A DNA stretch of 64,000 nt from Chloroflexota bacterium (GTDB taxonomy: Bacteria; Chloroflexota; UBA11872; VXOZ01): assembly GCA_963662335.2 (NCBI GenBank), contig CAXXVD010000003.1, positions 320,001-384,000 of the forward strand. The letters are read 5' to 3'. Below are positions 32,439-41,002 of the stretch, piece by piece. A program made the position numbers and the translations under genes. The notes under the pieces were generated by a model, which was not told where the DNA came from, did not search any database, and saw only the letters and a program-made list of their open reading frames with translations. The stretch's first letter is position 1; every line of letters begins with the position of its first letter.

Positions 32439-32552
32439 GCCCGGCGCGCCGTCCGCTCGCCGGCTGACCCGGCCCACCGCGCCCGCGCCTGACGCGGCGC
32501 CCTTTGCTGCGGCATTGGCTCAAAGCTCTCAGAGGAGAAGGGGAAGCGCCGC

Positions 32553-33998
32553 ATGAGCGGCACGGTGACGAATAGAACGCGCCCGGCGCAGGCGCAGCCG
32601 TTGGCAGAGGCCGTCGCGCCGCATGACGCGGCGCCCGCCTTTGCCCACTTGCCCGGCCTGGCGCTGCTGGAGAGCAGCCGGCCGGGGGCGCTTGGGCGCT
32701 ATTCCTACCTCACCGCCGATCCGTTTCTGCGCGTGGAGAGCGTGGCCGACCGCATCAGCGTGACCCGGCGCGGCCAGCCCCGGCCCGCGGCAGTGCGCCG
32801 CGGCCAACCCTTTGCGGCGCTGCGCGAACTCCTGGCGGAATTCTCCCTGCCGCCCGCGCCGGCAGGCCCGCCCTTTCAGGGCGGCGCGGTGGGTGTCTTT
32901 GGCTATGACCTGGGGCGTCAACTGGAAACACTGCCGTCCCTTGCGCGCAGCGACGCCGCTACCCCTGAAATGAGCCTGGGGTTCTACGATTGGGTTCTGG
33001 CGCACGACCACCTGACGCACACGTCTTGGCTGGTGACTACCGGCCTGCCGGAGCGCACGGACGCCGCCGCGGCAGCGCGCCGGGCGCAGGTGCTGGACAT
33101 CCTGGACGCCCGGCGGGCGCGCAACGGCGCACAGGAGGGCGGCTGCGCGGACTTCCGCCTCACCGGCCCGCTGCAAGCGAACCTGACGCGCGCCGGCTAC
33201 GTGGCCATGGTGCGACGGGCGCAGGCCTACATCGCGGCCGGCGACGTCTACCAGGTGAACCTTTCGCAGCGCTTCGAGGCCGGTTGGGAGGGCGCGCCCT
33301 GGACGCTCTACCGGCGCTTGCGGCAGGCAAGCCCGGTGCCGTTCGGGGCCTATCTGGATCTTGGCGGCGCGTGGGTCGTGTCCGCCTCCCCGGAGCGGTT
33401 TCTGCGCGTGCGCAACGGCGCGGTGGAGACCCGGCCGATCAAGGGCACGCGGCCGCGCGGGCGCACGGCTGCCGCGGACGCCGCCCTGGCGCGGGCGCTG
33501 CAAAGCAGCGAAAAAGACCGCGCCGAAAACCTGATGATCGTCGACCTGCTGCGCAACGACCTGGGAAAAGTCTGCCGCGCTGGCTCGATTCGCGTGCCCG
33601 CGCTCTGGCAAATCGAGGGCTACAGCAACGTCTGGCAGCTTGTCAGCGCGGTTACGGGCGAGTTGCGCCCGGACGCCGACGCCCTTTCCGCCCTGGAAGC
33701 CGCCTTTCCGGGCGGCTCGGTGACCGGCTGCCCCAAGATACGGGCCATGGCAATCATCGAGGAGCTTGAGCCGGTGCGGCGCGGCTTCTACTGCGGCGCG
33801 CTCGGCTACGTGGGCTTCGACGGCGCCATGGACACCAGCATCGTGATCCGCACACTGGCGCTCACCCGCGACCGCCTCTCCTTGCAGGTGGGCGGCGCGG
33901 TGGTGGCCGATTCCGAGCCGGACGCCGAGTATCAGGAGACCCTGGTGAAAGCCCAAGCGGCCCGGCGCGCCCTGGCAGAAACAGGAGCGGCGCTTTGA
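32553..33998 (+). CDS. pabB: Aminodeoxychorismate synthase component I
   Basis: GDVYQVNLSQ, SPERFL, TRPIKGTRPRG, KDRAENLMIVDLLRNDLG, FPGGSVTGCPKIRAM. Confidence 0.9.
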   Translation: MSGTVTNRTRPAQAQPLAEAVAPHDAAPAFAHLPGLALLESSRPGALGRYSYLTADPFLRVESVADRISVTRRGQPRPAAVRRGQPFAALRELLAEFSLPPAPAGPPFQGGAVGVFGYDLGRQLETLPSLARSDAATPEMSLGFYDWVLAHDHLTHTSWLVTTGLPERTDAAAAARRAQVLDILDARRARNGAQEGGCADFRLTGPLQANLTRAGYVAMVRRAQAYIAAGDVYQVNLSQRFEAGWEGAPWTLYRRLRQASPVPFGAYLDLGGAWVVSASPERFLRVRNGAVETRPIKGTRPRGRTAAADAALARALQSSEKDRAENLMIVDLLRNDLGKVCRAGSIRVPALWQIEGYSNVWQLVSAVTGELRPDADALSALEAAFPGGSVTGCPKIRAMAIIEELEPVRRGFYCGALGYVGFDGAMDTSIVIRTLALTRDRLSLQVGGAVVADSEPDAEYQETLVKAQAARRALAETGAAL

Positions 33999-34011
33999 GG
34001 CACGACACACC

Positions 34012-34096
34012 GCGCGCTAGGCAACAACGCGCAGGCAAGAGCGCGCTAGCCAACAGCGCGCAGGCAAGAGCATGCTAGCCAACAGCGCGCAGGCAC
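34012..34096 (+). repeat. 29-bp tandem repeat, three copies
   Basis: GCGCTAG(G/C)CAACA(A/G)CGCGCAGGCAAGA. Confidence 0.8.
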
Positions 34097-34115
34097 CGCC
34101 AGACGACATCCCAAC

Positions 34116-34246
34116 TGTCATTCCGAGCGTAGCGAGGAATCTAGAAGTGCCCGCGCACGAGATTCTTCGTCGCTACGCTCCTCAGAGTGACAATTGTCGC
34201 GTCCCTTGCGCTACGCCTTAGATTCCTCGCTGCGCTCGGAATGACA
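34116..34246. repeat. Family A element with an extra right arm
   Basis: Arms at about 34116, 34160-34191 and 34219-34246. Confidence 0.8.
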
Positions 34247-34282
34247 GGCGCGCGCAACCTGCGGCGGATACGGAGGGGGACT

Positions 34283-35164
34283 ATCAGCGAGCCGGTCTGT
34301 TACGTGAACGGACGCCTCGTGCCGGAGCGCGCGGGCGCGGTCTCGGCGCTGGACCGCGGGCTGCTGCTCGGCGACGGCCTCTTCGAGACCATGCGCGTCT
34401 TGGAAGGCCGCATCCTCCAGTGGCGGCGGCATTGGCAGCGGCTCGACGCCGGCGCGCGGACGATTGGCCTCGCCCTGCCCTGGACGGCAGGCGACCTGCA
34501 TGAGGCGGTGGAGCAGACGCTGCGCGCCAATCACCTGCGCGAGGCAACCGCGCGCCTCACCGTCACGCGCGGTTTCTCGCCCGCCGCGCGCGGCCTGCCG
34601 CCGCCCGCCGACGCCCGGCCCACGCTCCTTATCCGCGCCGCGCCATTCGCGCCCTACCCGCAACATCTCTACCAGGACGGGATGCGCGTCATCGTCAGCC
34701 GCCGCACGCGGCGCAACGAACACTCGCCGCTCTCCCGCGTCAAGTCGCTCTGCTACCTCGACAACGTCATCGCCCGCCAGGAAGCGGCGTCTGCTCTGCC
34801 TCCTGCCGACGAGGCGCTGCTGCTGAATGCGCAGGGCTACGTGGCGTGCGCCACGACCGCGAATGTCTTTCTCGTGCGAGGCGGCCGGCTACACACTCCC
34901 GCAATCGCCCACGGCGCGCTGCCGGGCACCGTGCGCGCCCTGCTCATTGCAGAACTCGCGCCGCGCAGCAGCCGCGCCGTGGACACGACCCGCCTCGACG
35001 AGGCCGACCTGCGCCAGGCCGACGAAATCTTCCTCACCAACGCCCTGATGGGCATCATGCCCGTCCGCGCCATCGACGACCGGCCGGTGGGCGGCGCCAC
35101 GCCGGGCCCGGTGACGCAGGCTCTTTGCGCCGCGTATGCGGAGTGGCTGTCGTCGTTCCGTTGA
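34283..35164 (+). CDS. Aminotransferase class IV (4-amino-4-deoxychorismate lyase, PabC-like); start codon uncertain
   Basis: DRGLLLGDGLFETMR, VKSLCY, DEALLLN, LPGTVR, ADEIFLTNAL; follows pabB. Confidence 0.85.
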   Translation: MSEPVCYVNGRLVPERAGAVSALDRGLLLGDGLFETMRVLEGRILQWRRHWQRLDAGARTIGLALPWTAGDLHEAVEQTLRANHLREATARLTVTRGFSPAARGLPPPADARPTLLIRAAPFAPYPQHLYQDGMRVIVSRRTRRNEHSPLSRVKSLCYLDNVIARQEAASALPPADEALLLNAQGYVACATTANVFLVRGGRLHTPAIAHGALPGTVRALLIAELAPRSSRAVDTTRLDEADLRQADEIFLTNALMGIMPVRAIDDRPVGGATPGPVTQALCAAYAEWLSSFR

Positions 35165-35230
35165 AGTCGCCGGTTCACGCCCCGCCGGCGTTGCCCCTAC
35201 GTTCGGGACGCTGAGACCGCCGCGAAAGGG

Positions 35231-35259
35231 GTGACAAAGAGGCCTTTGGCTGCTATACT
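35231..35259 (+). promoter_or_regulatory. Promoter of the tRNA pair
   Basis: GTGACA-17bp-TATACT. Confidence 0.6.
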
Positions 35260-35299
35260 TAAGGCAAGGAAGCGTAAACCTGCTTGCTGCCTGATTTAT

Positions 35300-35383
35300 G
35301 GGTCGGTGGGCGAGCGGTCAAAACCACCAGACTGTAAATCTGGCGCCGTAATGGCTACGGAGGTTCGAATCCTCCCCGGCCCA
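35300..35383 (+). tRNA. tRNA-Tyr(GTA)
   Basis: Acceptor GGGTCGG/CCGGCCC, anticodon arm CCAGA-CTGTAAA-TCTGG, long variable arm, GGTTCGAATCC; followed by CCG, not CCA. Confidence 0.95.
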
Positions 35384-35417
35384 CCGCGATTGTTCTCCGC
35401 GCAATTGAGAACGCACT

Positions 35418-35495
35418 GGTCCCGTGGTGTAGTTGGCCTAACACACGGCCCTGTCAAGGCTGAGATCGCCGGTTCGAATCCGGTCGGGACCGCCA
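35418..35495 (+). tRNA. tRNA-Asp(GTC)
   Basis: Acceptor GGTCCCG/CGGGACC, anticodon loop CTGTCAA, GGTTCGAATCC, encoded CCA. Confidence 0.95.
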
Positions 35496-35598
35496 TCTGA
35501 TGGCCATGCCTGGATTGCAGCCATAGCTGCCCAGCGGCACGAGAGAAGTGTGCCCGCACGCGCCTCTCGTTTGTTTAAGCGCACGGCCATGCGAAGAT

Positions 35599-35637
35599 TA
35601 AAGAAGCCGCGAGCGGTTTTCGCTCGCGGCTTCTTCA
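35599..35637. terminator. Bidirectional intrinsic terminator
   Basis: AAGAAGCCGCGAGCG-GTTTT-CGCTCGCGGCTTCTT between convergent units. Confidence 0.8.
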
Positions 35638-35704
35638 CATTCCGAATGCGCAGAATTCCGAGTGCGCGCAAAGCGGCATCGGCGGGTAAGCGGAGCGGGG
35701 CCCC

Positions 35705-36175
35705 CTAGCGTCCCACCGGCTGCGCCGCGGCTTCCGGCGCTTCCACCATCCTGCTCATCCGCGCTTCCTCGCGCTTCTTCTGCGCCCAGCGCTTGGTGGT
35801 GATCAGGCGCTTGCGGCGGTACTCCACGTCGGTGTGGTACTTGTTGCGCACGTAGCACTTGCGGCAGCGCAACGCCCGTTGCACCTCGGCGCCGCAATCG
35901 ATGCAGAACTTCGGCTCCTTGGGCTTCTTGGGCTGCTTGCTCAGGCGGATGCGGCGCAGTTCCGCCACGCGCTCCTTGTTCTCCCGCGCCCAGCGCCGGT
36001 TCTTCTCCAGGATCTTATCCTTATTGCGCTGGTAGTAGCGTTTGAAATAGGTGGAAAGCCGTTCGGCGCGGCCGCAACGGGCGCACAAGCCGGCGCGCTT
36101 GGATTTACCGTCACGCTGACCGGTAATATCGGTCTCGCAGCGCGCACAGGTGAGGACTTGAACTGTTGCCTCCAT
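35705..36175 (-). CDS. Basic protein with two Cys4 zinc-ribbon-like motifs
   Basis: GGAGG RBS; CARC..CARC and CIDC..CRKC; Arg/Lys-rich helices. Confidence 0.75.
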   Translation of the reverse strand: MEATVQVLTCARCETDITGQRDGKSKRAGLCARCGRAERLSTYFKRYYQRNKDKILEKNRRWARENKERVAELRRIRLSKQPKKPKEPKFCIDCGAEVQRALRCRKCYVRNKYHTDVEYRRKRLITTKRWAQKKREEARMSRMVEAPEAAAQPVGR

Positions 36176-36304
36176 CGGAACCTCCAACGAGAACTAAACG
36201 ACGGTACCCGGAACTCCGGCACGTGCCGCACACAACCGCGCCGGTATGGCGCTCTCGCTTCCGGCGGCAACCGCATTGCCACCCAAAAGCCCCTGTTCCC
36301 TACT

Positions 36305-36322
36305 TTGTGTGCACTTTCACAT
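36305..36322. promoter_or_regulatory. CRP/Rex-like palindrome
   Basis: TTGTGTG-CACT-TTCACAT in a divergent intergenic region. Confidence 0.4.
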
Positions 36323-36758
36323 GCGCCCCCTATAATATCTGAGAATAGCCGCTGCTGTCAAGATTCTGAAAAAACGATTGATGCGCGCTATTACGGGGAA
36401 AAGTGCCTCTCCAGCCGATGCACTCCGCACTTTTTTCCTAAGAGATTGATAAGAAATTTCCCCTTTGGCGGCGCTTCTCTCCCCTACCCAGCTACGCTAT
36501 ATCTACACCACGTTCGACCGCTTTGCGCCACTGCGGCATACTACAAATCGAAGCGGCCGACTGAGCGCTCATCCTAATCTACAACGCCTGCGGCGGCGGG
36601 ATTCGCGAACCGGTTGCTTGTCACTCGTTGGGGTGGGCTTTTCCGCTTGCCAGGGATGTTACAATAATCACAAGCTCGACGATGAATTGATTGATAGTCG
36701 GCGGCAAAAGGCATTCGCCTGGCACGATGCGGCCCGGGCGAACAATGGATCGCTTCCC

Positions 36759-37694
36759 GTGGCAACGGCATCCAAAATCGATTCTCCCGCCTGGCCGGCC
36801 GTGCCGCCCACCGGCTGGAGTTGGCCCGCGTTCGCGTTGGGCGCCTTCTGGTACTTGCGGCAGGGCATGGCGGCCAAGGGTCGTGTGCTGCTCGTGCCCC
36901 AGGTACTCGTGCTCGCGCTCGCCGCCGTCAACGCGCTCTTCATTGCCCGCCAGTCGTCGTTGGCGGATGCGGCGCTGCCGGCCGGCGTGGCCGCGCTGGT
37001 GCTCTGGTCGTTCGCCGGCTCCTATTGCGCCGCCTCGTTTCGCGCCGACGCCTACCGCCGTTGGCGCCTGGCCAACGACCACGCGCCGCTCGTGCCGACC
37101 CAGTGGCAGTGGGGAGCGTTTCTGCTCACCGGCGGCTGGTACGTGGCGCACGGGATGCGCATCAAGGGCCTCTGGCTCTGGCTGGCGTTCTTCACGGCGG
37201 TGGGCAGCGTGGTCGGCATTCCGCTGGCGTTTGCCCTCATGTGCTACTGCGGCGCAAATTTCCGGGCGGAGCGCTTCCTGGAGAAACCGCCGGCGCGCAT
37301 CGGCCCCACGCCGCAAGAACGCTGGATCCACCAGGACCTCCTGAAGGCGCTGGCGCCGGTGGCGCGCACGTCGCAAGCGCCGCTGCGCGCCTCGCTGCTG
37401 GAAAGCGCCGCGCGCGGCCTGCGCCGCCAGGGCTACACGGTGCGCCTGGGCGACGAACACGATGAAACGGCCGCCTCCCTTACGCTGGAGCGAGGTTTGC
37501 GCTTCCTGGCCGTGCGCGTAGTGTTTGCGTCGCCGGCGCCCGCGGCGGAGGTAGAGAAACTGACGGCGGCGTTGGGAGACGACGCGCACAAGGTCGGCGT
37601 GCTGGTGGCGAACGGCCCGCTCTCCGAACCGGCGCAAACGGCGGCGGCACAGGCGCACGTGCGCGTGCTCGCTGCGCAGGATGGAGCAGCGTAG
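36759..37694 (+). CDS. Membrane protein with duplicated DUF2628-like segments and a C-terminal Mrr-like nuclease-fold domain (start uncertain)
   Basis: WSWPAF..GAFWY...GM..KG and WQWGAF..GGWY...GM..KG; C-terminal LRRQGYTV...VGVLVANGPLSEPA. Confidence 0.5.
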   Translation: MATASKIDSPAWPAVPPTGWSWPAFALGAFWYLRQGMAAKGRVLLVPQVLVLALAAVNALFIARQSSLADAALPAGVAALVLWSFAGSYCAASFRADAYRRWRLANDHAPLVPTQWQWGAFLLTGGWYVAHGMRIKGLWLWLAFFTAVGSVVGIPLAFALMCYCGANFRAERFLEKPPARIGPTPQERWIHQDLLKALAPVARTSQAPLRASLLESAARGLRRQGYTVRLGDEHDETAASLTLERGLRFLAVRVVFASPAPAAEVEKLTAALGDDAHKVGVLVANGPLSEPAQTAAAQAHVRVLAAQDGAA

Positions 37695-37792
37695 CCGCGC
37701 GAATCGCCTTGCAAGGCAGGTTTTCGTTGCTTAAGTTAAGTAAGGAAGCGGCGCAGCAATAACGGACTGCTAGAGTCCAAAGGACGGTTCCC

Positions 37793-38617
37793 GTGAAGGC
37801 ACGGCAGCTTGGGATACTGGGGTTTGCGATAATCGTCGCCGTCGCGCTGGCGCGCTGGCTGCGGCGCTGGGCCGGCGATCCGCCCACGCGGCGCGCCGCG
37901 CACAAAGAGGCGATCGAGCCGCCGGAACTGGTCGCGCGCTACAGCCGCTTCATGGCGTTGCCCCCCATGCGGGTGTTGCGCGCCGTCCTGGCGCGGTACG
38001 CCACCGCGCCCGCGTTAGCCGCGCCGCCGCCCGCCGCTTCGCCCTGGCGCATCCTCGACGTTGGCTGCGGGCCGGGCTGGTTTCCCCTGGAGTTGGCCGA
38101 CCGCGCGCCCGCGGCCGTGGTCGTCGGCGCGGACCTCTCCCGGCCGATGGTGGCGACGGCCGTCGCCCACGCCGCGGCCGCGCGCCGGCAGCAGCGCGTC
38201 TGCTTCGCCCAGGCGCGCGGCGAAGTCCTGCCGTTCGCGGACGGCACATTCGACCTGGTCGTGAGCACGCTGGCGCTCCATCACCTGCAGGAGCCGGTGG
38301 CCGCACTGGAGGAATTGCGGCGCGTCGCGCGGCCGGCCGGCCGGATAATCGTGTTCGATATCCGGCGCGACGTGCACCCCTGGCTGTGGACGCTGTTCAA
38401 GGCAAGCCAGGTCTGCATCGACGGCCTGGCGCTCTGCGAGCATGGCGAGCCGATCGCGTCAATTGCCGCCGCGTACACCGCGCGGGAGGCGCGCCGGCTG
38501 GCCCTCCAGGCCGGCTGGGAACGGGCGCGGGTGCGGCAGGGCCCGGGCTGGATTGTGCTGGAGCGTACTGCTGCGCCGGCGGCCCCGCGCAAACGTAGCG
38601 CCGCAACCGCCGGTTAG
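37793..38617 (+). CDS. Class I SAM-dependent methyltransferase with N-terminal membrane anchor
   Basis: ILDVGCGPG, GADLS, LPFADGTFDLVVS. Confidence 0.88.
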   Translation: MKARQLGILGFAIIVAVALARWLRRWAGDPPTRRAAHKEAIEPPELVARYSRFMALPPMRVLRAVLARYATAPALAAPPPAASPWRILDVGCGPGWFPLELADRAPAAVVVGADLSRPMVATAVAHAAAARRQQRVCFAQARGEVLPFADGTFDLVVSTLALHHLQEPVAALEELRRVARPAGRIIVFDIRRDVHPWLWTLFKASQVCIDGLALCEHGEPIASIAAAYTAREARRLALQAGWERARVRQGPGWIVLERTAAPAAPRKRSAATAG

Positions 38618-38635
38618 AACTGCTGAGAAACACGC

Positions 38636-39967
38636 TTGAACACTGAGATTTCAGACTCCACGCAACCGCCCGAATCTCCGCCGCTGGCGCGGGCGCGCGG
38701 CTTGCGCGTACGACAAGAGACGTTGGCGCGCATCCGGGCGGGACACCAGGTCATTCTCGACGAACTCAAACCCACCCGGGCGCAAATCGACCGCGGCTTG
38801 GCACTGCACTACAACAGTTTCGTCGCCGACGTGCAGGGCTCAGTGCAGATGAGCTCGACCCACGGCATTGTGGGCGACCGGCTGCGGCAAGACCTGGAAC
38901 CGTATCGCGGAGAACTAGCCAAGCAAAACCTGGGCCCCGCTGAGTCCCAGCGCCGCCTGGACGCAATCCACTTCCGGCGGAAGACGTTCGAATCGGCCTT
39001 CGACGAACAGTGGCGCGCAGAATCCGAGGCGCTCTATCGGATCGCCGGGGTGCGCCTGGGCGTTTCGGACGTGGCCGGTCCCGAGCAAAACACCTTTGCC
39101 GCCGCTCTCGACCGCCTCGCGCGCGTCAACTTCGTCTACGACCGGCGCGGCGACCTCAGACGGGCCGTCACGATCGCAGACATCGAGCAGGCGCGCCGCG
39201 GCGGCAAGCCCAGCGTGCTGTTTCACCTGGCCGGCGTCGGCTGTTTCGCGGAAACCTCAGATCCCCTGCGGAACCTGGACCTGTTCTACGCGCTGGGCGT
39301 GCGCATGTCCCAACTCACCTACATCCAGGCTAACGGCCTGTGCAGTTCCTACTTGCAGGAGCGCGACACCGGCCTGACGCCGCTCGGCGGGCAGGTGGTG
39401 CGGCGCATGAACGAATTGGGCGTCATGGTGGACCTGGCCCACAGCGGCGAGCGGTCGGCGTTCGACATCATCGCGGCCTCATCCGAGCCGGTGATGATCA
39501 GCCACACCGGCTGCCGGGCCGTGTATGACGACTCCACGAACCGCGGCTATCTGGAAAAGGTGTTCGCCCAGCCCTATGCCCGCGGGCTGACGCCGCCAGG
39601 CACACCGGGCAGCCGCAACGCCAGCGACGAACTCATGCGGGCGGTGGCCGCCCAGGGCGGCCTGGTGGCGATCTACGCCATCGATTACATGCTGGGAACC
39701 GGCCCGGAATCGTTCCTCACCTGGCACCGCCACCTGGAGCGCGCGCTCAGTGTCGCCGGCAGCGACCACGTGGCCGTCGGCACTGACCGCACCTTCTTCC
39801 CCGGCTGGCGCCCCGCGCCACTGGACTGGACGAACTGGCCCTACTGGACCGTGGGCCTGGTCTGCAAAGGCCATTCCGACGACGAAATCCAAAAGATCAT
39901 CGGCGGCAACTTCCTGCGCTACGCCCGCCGCGTGCTGGATAAACGCCCGTGGGGAGCGTTTATGTAG
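38636..39967 (+). CDS. Membrane dipeptidase (M19)-family protein
   Basis: GVRMSQLTY, GLTPLG..VVRRMNELGVMVDLAH, ISHTG, DHVAVGTD, IIGGNFLR. Confidence 0.8.
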   Translation: MNTEISDSTQPPESPPLARARGLRVRQETLARIRAGHQVILDELKPTRAQIDRGLALHYNSFVADVQGSVQMSSTHGIVGDRLRQDLEPYRGELAKQNLGPAESQRRLDAIHFRRKTFESAFDEQWRAESEALYRIAGVRLGVSDVAGPEQNTFAAALDRLARVNFVYDRRGDLRRAVTIADIEQARRGGKPSVLFHLAGVGCFAETSDPLRNLDLFYALGVRMSQLTYIQANGLCSSYLQERDTGLTPLGGQVVRRMNELGVMVDLAHSGERSAFDIIAASSEPVMISHTGCRAVYDDSTNRGYLEKVFAQPYARGLTPPGTPGSRNASDELMRAVAAQGGLVAIYAIDYMLGTGPESFLTWHRHLERALSVAGSDHVAVGTDRTFFPGWRPAPLDWTNWPYWTVGLVCKGHSDDEIQKIIGGNFLRYARRVLDKRPWGAFM

Positions 39968-40059
39968 TCCTTAGTTATGCAAGGACCTGCAATTGCGTGG
40001 GATAATGGACTCGCAACTGGCATCGACGTGCGGCCGCAGGCCCTTTAACGGGTGAAGCA

Positions 40060-40581
40060 ATGGCAGACGTGGAAATTCAGGTTAAGACGCGAGGCGGCGC
40101 GGCAATACACAGAGCCGAAGTGCTGGCAGCGTACCCGGACGGTAGATACCTCACCGGTCAGACTGACAGCGACGGCACGTGCCGGTTGGATTTGTACCGC
40201 GTCGACCTGGAAATGAAGATACTGATAGCCGCGGCCGGCCATCTTCCTTTCCACAGAGTCGTCGTCCCGGGGAAATGGAATGGAGAACCCTTTGCGTTAG
40301 AGCCAACCGAAGATGAGAGAAAGGCGCTCCTCTTCACCCGGAGCACAGGATACATCCCAGGCATCGAGGGTCGCCTCAATCCACACAAAGATGGCTATCT
40401 CTACGGTGACAACATCGCCATAAACGGCAAACTTGCCACGCCCGCCGCTCGCTTCGCAATAGGGGAATGCCTTCACCTGCTCGACGTGTTTGGCGTCGAG
40501 ACAACCGTTCGATTCTTGGTAGTCGAGGGACAGTTTTCACTTATTGAATACACTGAGCCCAGGGCATACGCAGGGGAGTAA
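40060..40581 (+). CDS. Hypothetical beta-rich protein
   Basis: Clean 173-aa ORF ending 2 bp before the next gene; prealbumin-like N-terminus (GQTDSDG). Confidence 0.65.
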   Translation: MADVEIQVKTRGGAAIHRAEVLAAYPDGRYLTGQTDSDGTCRLDLYRVDLEMKILIAAAGHLPFHRVVVPGKWNGEPFALEPTEDERKALLFTRSTGYIPGIEGRLNPHKDGYLYGDNIAINGKLATPAARFAIGECLHLLDVFGVETTVRFLVVEGQFSLIEYTEPRAYAGE

Positions 40582-40583
40582 GC

Positions 40584-40952
40584 ATGGCCACGGCTGAGCA
40601 GCACCGGGAAATTAGCATGCAATTCTTGGACCATGCGGAGGACGAATTACGTAAGGGTGACCTCCTTCAGGCCTCCGAGAAAGCATGGGGGGCGGTTTCG
40701 CACTTCGTGAATTCCGTTGCCCGCCAGCGGAATTGGGCGCTGGGGGCCCACAGGCAACTGATCCAAAATGCCAACCGGTTGATCAACCAGGATCCGGCAA
40801 ACGCCAGTCATAGGCGAAGGCTGCTACTATCAATCGAGGCTCTTCACGCCAACTTCTATCACGCGCACTTGGACGAAGCCTTGGTTAGGGAGGGACTTGA
40901 GGGGGCCAAGGATCTCATCGGGGCCTTGGACGACCTAAGCTCTGAGGATTAG
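40584..40952 (+). CDS. PaREP1/HEPN-like protein
   Basis: FLDHAEDELRKGDLLQASEKAWGA...LHANFYH. Confidence 0.75.
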   Translation: MATAEQHREISMQFLDHAEDELRKGDLLQASEKAWGAVSHFVNSVARQRNWALGAHRQLIQNANRLINQDPANASHRRRLLLSIEALHANFYHAHLDEALVREGLEGAKDLIGALDDLSSED

Positions 40953-41002
40953 AAGGCTACCTGGAAGTCTGCTTGGGACGCTCAGCATCCTAGGCCGCCC
41001 GC

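Noticed and set aside
35300-35495. tRNA-anchored integrative element
   Set aside because: No integrase and no duplicate of either tRNA 3' end seen in the window.
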